Shown here piece after piece: positions 1 to 10,579 of a stretch of 64,000 nt of DNA. The notes beneath the pieces were generated by a model, which saw only the letters and a program-made list of their open reading frames with translations, ran no database searches and had not been told where the DNA came from. The translations under genes and the position numbers were made by a program. Position 1 is the stretch's first letter; each line of letters begins with the position of its first letter. This stretch comes from Isurus oxyrinchus. Its lineage: Eukaryota. The stretch covers positions 4,712,001 to 4,776,000 of the forward strand of contig JANJGN010000038.1 in the NCBI GenBank assembly GCA_026770705.1, read 5' to 3'.

Positions 1-302
1 ACCATGAAATTGACAGTGAGGTGAAATAGTTCCACAAGCTGCACATGCATAACTTTCCATTTCCAAACCCTCCACCCTATTCGCTGTGGGCCAATGGAAG
101 CGCCGATCCCCAGTCATGAGACATCAGGGAAAGTATCAAAAAGGTTTGACATTTAGAGGCTACTTTCGACTTTTTTTTCATTCCCGATCTTTTCACCAGA
201 GAGGATTTTCTTCGACTAATTGTTCTGTTTAGGTTGAACACAAGAGACTTATTTAGCCAATGAGAAGTACCAATGTTGTTAGCTGGAACATGAAATCGAT
301 AC

Positions 303-462
303 TTTCCTCCTTTAAGACAATTCTTCAAGCTTCCGCCTTTGACCGAGCTTTAAGTTATCTGACCAGATGTGAGGCTCGGTGTCGCACTTTATTATATAAT
401 GATCACGGGGGACGCCTTGTGACATTTCAACAGATTAAATGCGTTTTATCAATATAAGTTAT
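303..462 (+). mobile_element. Degenerate 3' end of an L2-type LINE/SINE tail
   Basis: tcctcctttaagac...tttgaccgagcttt...ggctcggtgtc...gacgccttg...taaatgcgtttt...ataagttatt resembles the L2-like 3' tail common in shark genomes (recognised from memory). Confidence 0.5.
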
Positions 463-719
463 TATATGCAGAAGCATTATCAAAACTTGCCCTTTAAGTG
501 AGAGGAAAGCTGCCTTGTTCCTGTTTGTTGTTGGATTTTAACTGAGCGCAGTATATTACAAGCGACTTAGTTTCGCTCTTCACCATTTCACAGAATAAAC
601 ACTCAGGAAAGTGAATGTATCTTTCTGCTGGCAGCGGGTGATTGGAGAGTGCGGGGCCAGAATGTTGCTGCTTTTCTGCTTTTCCCTCTCACTCACTGCG
701 GAGCTGAGGAAGAGGGAAT

Positions 720-898
720 CATTAACGGGTCTATTTGATCCAATAACTTCATAGATTTGTAGGTACCTTGTTGGTCAGTTGTTAAAGTATAAAGAAGTGA
801 CAGTATAAATTGCAGGGTTCCGCGGAAAAGGTCGGGTTGTGACAGAGACAGGGCGGGTAGAAGGTCCTCTTTATCTGCTGTAACCATTCTATGATTTC
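720..898 (+). mobile_element. Degenerate CR1-type LINE 3' end
   Basis: aaattgcagggttccgcggaaaagg...gggtagaaggtcctctttatctgctgtaaccattctatgattt: CR1/HER1-like terminus with attctatg tail. Confidence 0.5.
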
Positions 899-1143
899 AC
901 ATAAATAGTACAGGCGTGCTGCTAAGGTCTGTAGTCGTGCCCGAGTGTTTAAGCTGATGGATTTTCAATCCATTGGGGTTACCCCGCGCACGTTCGAAAG
1001 CTGCTGACTACGTTTTCCATTATTTCTGAATTTAACCATTGATCTCTAACAGTAAATCGAATCGACATTTGCACAACACCTGCAGTAGCAAAGATTGACC
1101 AGTGGGTGGCGGTGAAACCGTGATTGCTTCCATCACATGAAGC

Positions 1144-2420
1144 AGGCACTGTCTCTGTTCGTATTAAATTAGACACCATTTCTGTTTCTATTACACTAGG
1201 ACTTGTCTCTGATCATATTAGAAAAGGTCATCTCTCAGTTGTTTCTCTAACTGGCTCAGTCGCAGTTGTTTATATACTGGACTAGGGCCACAATACAATT
1301 GGCACTATCTCAGTCCTGACTGCTCTGAAGCAGGTCTCGGCTAAAGTTACAATAAGCCATGCCCCAGTTGGCACTGCACTAGAGCTTGTCTCTGGTCATG
1401 GAAAACTAGAACATGTTTTTATTTGCATTTCACAAGACTCTGTCTCTGCTATTACTCCAGTAGAACGTGCCACGTGTCTATCAAACTGGACCCTGTCTCA
1501 GTTAATGCTGCACCAATACATGCCTCCATTCATATCACACGATTTCCTGCTTCTGCTTTTATTGTCCTTTGTCATGACTTTGTTATTGCTTTACTTGTCC
1601 ATGTCTCCGTTTTTATTATATCTCGTACCATTGCAGGTATTTAATTTACCAGACACTGCGTCAGATTATATTAAAAAGAACCCTGAATTATGTTAAACTC
1701 CACTAGACCCTGTATCAGTTTTCTTAAACTTGATCCAGTCTGTGTTATTGCTCCACTAGGCAGGTTAGTATTACACAAGATCCTATCTCAATTATTACTG
1801 TACTCAGCACTGCCTCAGTTATGTGTCACTAGGTTGCGGCCTTGCTTATAAGACACTCAATCATGTCTGCACTTATATTCCTCTAGACCGTATTTCAGAG
1901 CAATTTACACTAGACTCTGTATCAGCCTGTATCACACTCGAACTTGTCAGCCTTTTTAACTAAACTGGATCCTGTCTCTGCATAGGCTTTGTCTTTGTAC
2001 CTCTGTCTCTGCTTCTATTCCACTCTCCCTTTCCGTGTTTTTACTCCAGCAGATCATCCCTGTCTCTCTTACACTGGCGGCACTCTCCGTTATTACGACT
2101 TAGACTCTATCTAGGAAGCAATTACTCTATGCCCTGTGCCTGTAATAACTGCCCTATTTCATCTGATGTTGATCCAGGCCCTGTATCAGTAACTATTGCA
2201 TTAGCCCCGTCTCCGCTATTACAGCAGTAAACCCTGTCTATGTTAATATAGCACTCGTCCCCGTCCCTGTTCATTGTGCACTAGGTCACGTCTTTACTTA
2301 AGTAACATTAGATGGTCTCTATTGTTACAGCACTAGTAATGTCTCTGCTTAAATTGCACTAGGCCCTGTCTCACTAATTACCACACCAGGCTCTGTCTCT
2401 GCTGTTACTACACTACTCTA
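1144..2420 (+). repeat. Degenerate 27-bp tandem array (consensus ~GGCCCTGTCTCTGTTNNTATTRCACTA), roughly 45 units
   Basis: Units such as ggccctgtatcagtaactattgcatta, aaccctgtctatgttaatatagcactc, ggccctgtctcactaattaccacacca recur with 27-bp period. Confidence 0.85.
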
Positions 2421-2855
2421 TGTTTCTATAAGGTGAACATTGAGTTCGAAATGGGCCTCTGACTTTGGCCTAAAACTACAGGTTTCCAATTGACGGTTTG
2501 TTCCATGCAGCCCCAGATATTCAGTTTCATTACAGCCAACAATATTACATATGAGACATCGCCTGTTCTGTGTGTCGGTGTGAAAAGAAATCATGCTGCA
2601 TCATTCCGCAAAGATAAAAGATTTATCTTCACCAGAATGTTTCATTTTATTTTATTTTCTCTTTTTCAAACTGTAGCTACAGATCGTCTAATAATGTAAA
2701 TATTCATTGATAGTATATCCTGTTGTGTGCTCTTGTTTAGAAATTCATGTCCTACCAACCATTTCTTTGCTAAGACGGGGACATTTGTTACAACATTCAC
2801 TTAATGTCTATCATCTCTCTACCTGAGACAGCATCTTACTCACGGAAAAGTATAG

Positions 2856-2907
2856 TTCTCTCTCTCTCTTTCTCTTTCTCTCTCTCTCTCCCTCTCTCTG
2901 TCTCTCT
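2856..2907. repeat. (TC)n microsatellite
   Basis: Direct reading. Confidence 0.95.
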
Positions 2908-2986
2908 GGCTGTCTCTGAGAAATTGACCATTTATTTAAATCTCTGGTTTTCTAATAATGCTTTTTTGAAAAAATAAATTTAATAA

Positions 2987-3279
2987 AGTGACCATTCCCA
3001 ACAAGAGAGAATCCAACTGTTTCCCCTTGACATTTAAAGGAATTAGTATCACTGAATCCCCGACTATCAACGTTGTGGGTGTTACCATTGAGCACAAACT
3101 GAACTGTACCAGCAATGTAAATACTGTGGCGACAAGAGCAGATCAGAGGCTGAGAATACTGAGGAGATTAATTCACTTCTTGAACCCCCAAACTCGCCCA
3201 GTACCTACAAGGCTCAAGTCAGGAGTGTGATGGAATACTCTCCATTTGTTTGGGTGAGCGCGGCTCCAACAACACAATA
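2987..3279 (+). mobile_element. CR1/L2-group LINE RT fragment; near-identical inverted copy of 3965-4257
   Basis: ORF 2988..3230 is almost identical to ORF 4014..4277 on the opposite strand; about 6-7 mismatches in 293 bp. Confidence 0.9.
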
Positions 3280-3500
3280 ATGCCCCAACATTAACCTCAA
3301 TGATAAACTACAGCCCATCTCCACCTTCAGAGAATGTGTTAAATCCGAAAGAGTTCTGGCATTTTAATTGCAGATAGTTTAATACTGCAACTATTTATTG
3401 ATAACTATTCGGTTGTTTTCCATTGTTTACAAAGTGATGTCAGACTGACCATTTCGTTTTCAAGAATCGGCTTTTCTGTTCCCAAAGATCATTTGGAAAA

Positions 3501-4497
3501 TTATTATTTATTATTTCACGGGACGTGGGCGTGGTTGGCTAGTCCAACATTTTTATGCCCATCCCTAATTGCCCTTGAGAAGGTGATGGTGAGCTGCCTT
3601 CTTGGACCGCTGCAGCTCATGTGGTGCAGGTACACCCACAGTGCTGTTTGGGAGGGAGTTCCAGGATTCTGACCCAGCGACAGTGAGGGAAGGGCAATAC
3701 ATCTCCAAGTCAGGATGGTGAGTGACTTGGAAGTGAACTCCCAGGTGGTCGTCTTCCCATCATTCAGCTGCCCTTGCCCTTCTAAATGGTAGTGGTCGTG
3801 GGTCTGGAAGGTGCTGTCGAAGGAGCTTGTTGACTTCCTGCAGTGCATCTTGTAGATGGCACACACTGATGCTACTGTGTTCGGTCGTGGCAAGAGTAAA
3901 TGGTGAAGGTGGTATGTGAGGTGTCAGAAAGTGAGCTACATTGTGTTGGATGGTGTCGAGTTTCTATTGTATTGTTGGAGCCGCGCTCACCCAAACAAAT
4001 GGAGAGTATTCCATCACACTCCTGACTTGAGCCTTGTAGGTACTGGGCGAGTTTGGGGGTTCAAGAAGTGAATTAATCTCCTCAGTATTCTCAGCCTCTG
4101 ATCTGCTCTTGTCGCCACAGTATTTACATTGCTGGTACAGTTCAGTTTCTGCTCAGTGGTAAAGCCCACAACGTTGATAGTCGGGGATTCAGTGATACTA
4201 ATTCCTTTAAATGTCAAGGGGAAGCAGTTGGATTCTCTCTTGTTGGGAATGGTCACTACTGGGTGTTTGTGTAGCACGAATGCTGCTTGATGCTTATCAG
4301 CCTAAGAGCCCATGTTGTCTAGGTCTTGCTGCATTTGGACATGGTGTGTTTCAGTCTATGTGGAGTCATGAATGGTGCTGAACATTGTGTAATCATCAGC
4401 GACCATCCCCACTCCTGACCTTATGATGTGGCAGGGGAGGAGATTAATGAGGCAGATGAAGATGCTTGGGCTTAGGACACTGCCCTGAGGAACTCAG
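3501..4497 (-). mobile_element. 5'-truncated CR1/L2-group LINE (RT C-terminus + 3' UTR)
   Basis: Minus strand gives VxxVADDYT RT motif, PLTFKGI..ITESPTINxxG, and the 3' tail gggcaattagggatgggc...gcccacgtcccgtgaaat shared by other copies in the window. Confidence 0.9.
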
Positions 4498-4834
4498 GGA
4501 TTAGAATCACATCGAGAATGACGAGCAGCTTATTGGAAAATGTTCACCTCAGCATCTCACAGAAGCTCCTGATATTTACCTGAATGTGTGATGATTAATG
4601 CAAGCAACGGAAAAAAATGATCCTGTACGTTAACCTGACATGATAGTCACGCACCTGTAATTATCTGATTTATTATTCCAATTGTTGGAAAGGATTGAAA
4701 CTCTCGTTGTTCTCGTTCTACGGTTTTTAACTGTGAGCTTTACAAATTCCACCCCGAACGTTCTAATCATTTTTGGACTAGTTTGTCTGTCTCTTTAATT
4801 TGTATAATCTATGGAAAATTATCTGAAATAACTC

Positions 4835-5290
4835 AGGGCCTGGCGTAGCATAAAGAGATAAACGACCTGGTGCAATATAAAAGGAGATATGGGCTAGTGC
4901 AGCAACAACAGAGGTGGGCTCTACTGTAACAGTAACTGAGATATCAGCTGGTGCAGTCACAATAGAGACATTACTTGTTCAGTATTAACAGAGACGTGAT
5001 CTCGTGTAATATAAATAGAGATATGGGCTAGTGAATTAACAATAGAGACAGGATTTGCTGTAAGATAGATAGAAATATGGACCAGTACAGTCATAACAGT
5101 AACTGGGGCTGGTACGTTATAAACATAGATATGGGCTACTTCAGTGATTGGAGAGGCACGTCCTGCTGTAACATAAAGAGAGATATGGGTTTGTGCAGCG
5201 AGGGCACTAACTGTCCCTGGATTTAATATACAAATGAGATATTGGCTAGTTTGGGGAGATGAGGGACAGGTCCTGATGATACATTCTAAG
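4835..5290 (-). repeat. Second 27-bp array (54-bp higher-order dimer), inverted relative to 1144-2420
   Basis: Minus-strand translation alternates xPVSxxxxL / AHISxYxTx (ORFs 4778..4960 and 4957..5346); fades out toward ~5550. Confidence 0.85.
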
Positions 5291-5681
5291 ATGCAAGTCT
5301 TTGTATCAGCAAGAATGGAAAATAAATGGTTTGTATTATAACACATGAAGAGGTCTCATTGAAGCAACTAACAGCAGCAGCGTCAACTTCAGCAATAAAA
5401 GATAAAAGTTCCTATCGAAAACTGACAGGTGCAAGGTTTCTACTAATAATAGCGATAGAAGTTTCCATTAGAAATTGACTGATAGGTGGCCCCTTAATGC
5501 AACCATTGCAACGATTACACCTCAAGAAACAGGATGTGAGCCAGTGTCTATTGGCTCATGATACCACCTGAAATATACTGGGTGACATTTTCCTCGGTGC
5601 TACGGAGCCACCCAGGTCGTCAAGATGGGAATACTAATTTGAAATGTGGTTTTTCTGGCGTTAGAGCAAGATGGCATATTG

Positions 5682-5683
<2 letters not shown>

Positions 5684-5717
<34 letters not shown>

Positions 5718-5957
5718 GTGTGGTTATGTGTATGTGCATGTGTCTGGGTGTGTGTCTTTGTGCGTGTGTGCATTTATGTATGTGTGCGTCTGTGTCTGCT
5801 TTTTGACTCTATGTGTCTGTGTGTGCATGTATGTCTGCCTGTGTGTATCAGTGTGTGTCTGTGAATGTATTTATGCATGTGTATGTGTGTGAATGTGCAT
5901 GTGCCTCTGTGTGCGTTTGTGTGTGTTTATGTCAGCGTCTGTGCTTGTGTGTGTGTG

Positions 5958-5993
<36 letters not shown>
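5684..5993. repeat. Compound (TG)n microsatellite
   Basis: Direct reading; source of the CV-repeat ORFs. Confidence 0.97.
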
Positions 5994-5995
<2 letters not shown>

Positions 5996-6019
5996 AAACG
6001 CGTCATATGTTTTGCAAAT

Positions 6020-6770
6020 GAATTTCAGAATGATCTTCGTCATCCTTCCATTCATGAAAGATGACAGACATACAGCAAACAAATCTATTTCAGATGGGTT
6101 GTCTCTATATGCTGCACAGTTTCTGATGGCTGAGGAGATCAATCCTTGAGGGGCAGTTTCCATCACAAGTGCCTCAAATGAAGCTAAACGCGATGTTATG
6201 GGCTGTTGTTTCTTGTCTTGGCGTCTGTTGCCAAGCCGCTGTAGCAAATGGGCATCATGGTGATGCCCAACAGCTCACAGAAAGTGCTGCCATCTTCCTC
6301 TGTCGTCATCGAGTGAAATTCATGTCTGATAATCGCTAATTAAGGCCTCCATGTCACGGATGTAACGGTCCTACAAGCAGAGATTTGGGCGTCTCACTGT
6401 CCGCCTGGCCCTTAGCTATGTGACCACCTTCCATCCTGTAAACGGGCCCGAGCCATCCAACCTCCCTCTGTTTGCTGAGCCTAACAGACTTGGGAGCTCT
6501 GTCTTTGAGAGGATTGCTGCTTCCTGATTGTGTCCCGCCAGGAGATACCCAATAACCACCGCACACAGTGCAGATGGAAGTTGCAGAGAATTTTTTTCTT
6601 GATAACTGTAAGTCGTCCATGTTTCACAGCCAGACAACAAGGTACTGAGGACATAGCCCTAATACACCATCTGCTTGGTGTCAAAGGTCAGTTTGATGTT
6701 AATTCATGCACGTTTCATGAGTCAGGTGATATCTGTTTCCCCGTGTGTGTATCAGGAACTGCATCAAGGA
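6020..6770 (-). mobile_element. Decayed RTE-clade (BovB-like) LINE 3' portion
   Basis: Frameshifted peptides LLSGCETWTTY, FHLHCVRWLLGISWRD, ILSKTELPS, WLGPVYRMEGGHIAK are typical of the RTE RT C-terminal region. Confidence 0.8.
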
Positions 6771-7107
6771 GCAGACTCTCTGTCACCGAGGAACCTGGGG
6801 AGCAGGATTTACCAGCCACATCCAGCCGGGTGTTACCTTGTGTGATCAGTGGTGGAAGTGCAACACTTTAAACATGATTTTCTTGACGTTTTTAGTCAAA
6901 TAGAACAAGATAAAACCATGCTAGAGATGGTAAATAAGTCGCTGTTGATCTTCCTGTACAATAACTCTGTGTAACAGAATTTAATAAACCAGTACAGGGG
7001 TCGGGGGTACGCTTCTGCTCTGTCATTGCAATGCTACCTGCTGAAAACCGTTCCATGAATTCAAGAATCTCGGATCCAAATGTGGTTCCACATGTAGTAG
7101 CTCCAGT

Positions 7108-7111
7108 AAAA
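7108..7111 (-). terminator. Pol III T4 terminator of tRNA-Ile
   Basis: TTTT on the minus strand 5 nt downstream of the tRNA 3' end. Confidence 0.7.
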
Positions 7112-7115
7112 TCTC

Positions 7116-7210
7116 TGCTCCAGGTGAGGCTCGAACTCACAACCTCGGCATAACCCACTGATTACACTGCTCTATAAGTACCGTGCGCTAACCGATTGCG
7201 CCACTGGAGC
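7116..7210 (-). tRNA. trnI-TAT: tRNA-Ile(UAU) gene with 21-nt intron (7152-7172)
   Basis: Minus strand GCTCCAGTGGCGCAATCGGTTAGCGCACGGTACT-TAT-A[gagcagtgtaatcagtgggtt]ATGCCGAGGTTGTGAGTTCGAGCCTCACCTGGAGCA matches vertebrate Ile-TAT; anticodon 7176-7174; intron at canonical 37/38 position; intact A and B boxes. Confidence 0.97.
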
Positions 7211-7450
7211 GCCCGGTCGTGGCAGCATTTGATCTGGTTACATTTTTCATAGATCACTGGGGTCAGACATGATTGCTTAGTGGCAGATTGGTCAATGGGG
7301 TCTCAATAAAGTTTTATGATACGACATGAACTGTAATATATTTCGAATAAAATAACATTCCAAGAATGGGCCAGGGAAACTTTGTTAATTTTCACACATT
7401 GAGCATGGACACTGCTGAAGGGCCTACGCCTTTTTCAATATTGTTTTCCC

Positions 7451-7613
7451 TAACTCCAAGTTTTCAAAAGGGAACTGGACAAATATTTGAAATGGAAAAG
7501 CTGTCGGGTTATGAAGAAATAGAAAGATATTGGGACTAACAGGGCAGCTCTTTGAAAAAAGCTGGCGTGGGCACGATGGGTCCTAATGAGTTGTGAACTT
7601 TTACGATTCCATT
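7451..7613 (+). mobile_element. CR1-type LINE 3' end
   Basis: tttcaaaagggaactggacaaatatttga...gggcacgatggg...gattccatt. Confidence 0.7.
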
Positions 7614-8199
7614 GCTCGATCAATTTCTCCACGGTTTACCTAAATATCCCAGCCCAATCCTACTTCTGCAAAGCATACTCCAGAACTGCAACATGAGGAC
7701 ACAGTTTGAAATTCTATACAAGCCCCTCTGGCTAACTCACTGCGCGGGGTTTCTGTAGTTTACTGTGTGTCATATTCGTCCAACAGGCGCACAAACCCCC
7801 GTTCAAAATGGGTCAGAAACACTACCAAACGCATTTAATCTCCGAGCCGCCAGAAATCAGTAATTCGCATTTGTTGTTGAATATTAACTGAATACAGCAT
7901 CTTACACTGTGATAAAGAATAGACTCATGGAATCCTGCAGGCTTACAGCACTGATCAGGAATGAATAGTTTCGATTCCGGAGTTCTGATTATTTCTGAGA
8001 TAAAATGACACTTGTAAATTGAGTTTTTCCATTCATATCTCAGGGGATGAAGATAACACAAGTGTCACAGGATGGACAGGAGCAGTCATAGTCCGGAAGG
8101 AGGAAAGGGTGTTGATTAGCTAATAATCAAAAAGGAAACTAGGGGATTGATAATTTTAAACTGTTGTCAGCTCTACCAGCTATCTTATAACTAAGACCA

Positions 8200-8630
8200 T
8201 GGACTGTCAGTGATTATTGAGCTGATAACCTAGTTTAAAATTAAAGCTGCCCTTATAAGTGTAACAATAACCTTGCAATTGATAACCATTGAATATTGGT
8301 GTCCATGGAAATGGTGCCCTGTTCTAACGATGACCTTGGCATTTGATGAACCAGTTCAAGTAATGTCACCGTCAAACGGTGACCATGTAATTGAAATGTG
8401 TTGTTTTACTGCTCTTGTACCCGACACTCCAGTCCAACAATGACCTTGTAACATCTATCACGATCTACATTTGACCCTGTACCTGACAGTCCGGTCCAGC
8501 AGCCACCTTTATCTATAACTTGAGGCCAAGAATAAATTTCTTCCTGATATGCCGATCTAATATTGAACATCCACCTGATACTTCGATCTAACAGTAACTT
8601 TGTGTTACAGGTGCCTAATGCCATAGTTCA
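8200..8630 (+). repeat. Degenerate 31-bp tandem array, paralogous to 22720-23370
   Basis: Units like ccaacaatgaccttgtaacatctatcacgat; flanking 7905-8165 also aligns with 22445-22695. Confidence 0.75.
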
Positions 8631-9409
8631 TATGTTTTAGAATAGTAGGTTTATTTTCAGTAATGGAGGGAGAATTCCACAGATTAATGACCTTTTGGGA
8701 GAGGATCAAGAGTTTTGAATTTATGCCCTGAAGATGTTCTAGGAATCACTGTCGGCTTCCAATGTGATCGGACAGACCACAGGATAAGTGTTCGACATTT
8801 CCGTCTAGCATTCTGTGGGAACCAGCCGAGATCATTCTCCTGCATCAGAAACTACAGTCCAAGGGGCTGCACTTGTACATGTTTGTTCAATGTCCGTAAT
8901 TAATATGAATGGGTGACAGAACCTCACTTGTTTGTTCAAAGTTAGACAAGCACATTCGAGGCTCCTTAATTGTGCCTCTGGGGGGTTAAATCTCAGGTAT
9001 AATAGTCACTACTTCAATAGTCAAACAGAGCTTGGGTGCTTCTCGCCGCTGCTCCTCTCAGAAGATGCACTTTCCACCAAGGGGCCCGCTCTGTGCCATA
9101 TACTATACCGCCCTCGCCGCTGTCGCAGTCCCAGGTAAAACGTGTCTCAGTTTTTTCTGCTTCTCAGTTTCTGTTTCTCTTTCACAGGAGTTAGACATCC
9201 CTGGCTAGGCCACCCATGTATTGGCCATTCCTAATGAAGGTGATGGTGGACCGTCTCCTTGAACCGCCGCTGTCCATGTGGATTGCAAAGAGCTGGAGAA
9301 CTTTCCAGCCGCTCTGCCTCACTTAACCGAGCTGTTTCTGGTCAATTCTGCACAGCCAGTGATTATACATGTTTCATTATCTATTTTCATTGTTAGCTTT
9401 ACTCAATCA

Positions 9410-10030
9410 TAGGATTGGAGCGGAGCCGATAGGGCCGGCATATATTGCCCCTCCCTAATCGCGCTTGAGGACTGAGAGCCTTGCTGGGCCATTTCAGGGG
9501 GCAGTTAAAAGAGTCAACCACATTAGCGGCGGGTCTGGAGTCACATGTTGGGCAGACCGGTTAAGGACGGCAGATTTCCTTCCCTAAAGGGACATTAGTG
9601 AACCAGATGGGTTTTTACAACAATGAACGATAGTTTTGTGGACACCATGACTCATGCGAGCTTCATATTCCTGGCTTTTTAATTGAATTTAAATTGGAGC
9701 GAGGCTGTTTAAGGTCAATTTCCAGGGAGCCCTTCCCTTTTCTACATTCTTTCTCGGGACTGGGCGTCGATGGCAGAGCCAGCATTTGCTGTCTATCCTT
9801 AACTATCCCAGAATGTCTTTCTCGGCTATTTCAGAGGGCAGTTAAGAGTCAACCACATTGCTGTGGGTCTGGAGTCACGTGTAATCCAGACCAGGTAAGG
9901 ACGGCAGATTTCCTTCCCGAAAGGGACATTAGTGAACCTGATGGGTTTTTTTCCGGTTCTGGTTAGTTATAATTGTCCTGGTCACCATGATGGAGACTAG
10001 CTTTATCATTCCAGGCTGTATTAATCAATT
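9410..10030 (-). mobile_element. Two tandem tRNA-derived SINE copies (about 9410-9690 and 9745-10030)
   Basis: Both carry the reverse complement of the core ggttcactaatgtcccttt..ggaaggaaatctgccgtccttacc..ggtctg..acatgtgactccagacc seen in 12286-12682. Confidence 0.85.
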
Positions 10031-10579
10031 CTAACATTACCACGAGGACACTATCTCCCCCCGACATGCTAAATGTTAGGTACAATAAATCAGCAATATC
10101 CGATATTCAATGTCGCTCAGCAATGTCGACATTAACTCTAAGTCAAGGTCACTCCAACTCTTACATTAGGGTCTCGCCGATCCCCAACATCAAACACGAT
10201 GGCTCCTCACCAGGGAAAATGATCGATCCTGGCTTCAGGGAGAAGCATGAGTGTTAAGCCAAGTTAGTACAGCAGACAATCAGTTCATTTTTAAACATTC
10301 GCCACACCCTCCTCTTCCCACCTGGAGTCAGTCCCTTATGCCCCAGCTGCAGGCCATTCAGCCCACTGTCTATGCCAGATCCCACAGAGCAGCCCCTTTC
10401 ATTCCCATGCAGCTGCTCTAGCCCGGAGAGCTGCCTTGCCTCATGGGACCAGTTTCATTCAGAAATCAATCATTTCCACTTGGATCATCCTGGTGAGAAT
10501 CGGGCTCCAGGTCATTACCACTTGCTGTGTCCAAACACTCATCTCCCCACCTTACCATTCCGCTGCCATTCCTCACCCA

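Noticed and set aside
3637-3643. Isolated CACAGTG heptamers (also ~13928, ~22014, ~22232, ~41211)
   Set aside because: No nonamer at 12 or 23 bp; several are part of LINE sequence
5558-6064. Cys/Val-rich ORFs (CVCVCV...) and the His/Thr-rich ORFs at 23797-24253
   Set aside because: Translations of (TG)n/(CA)n microsatellites
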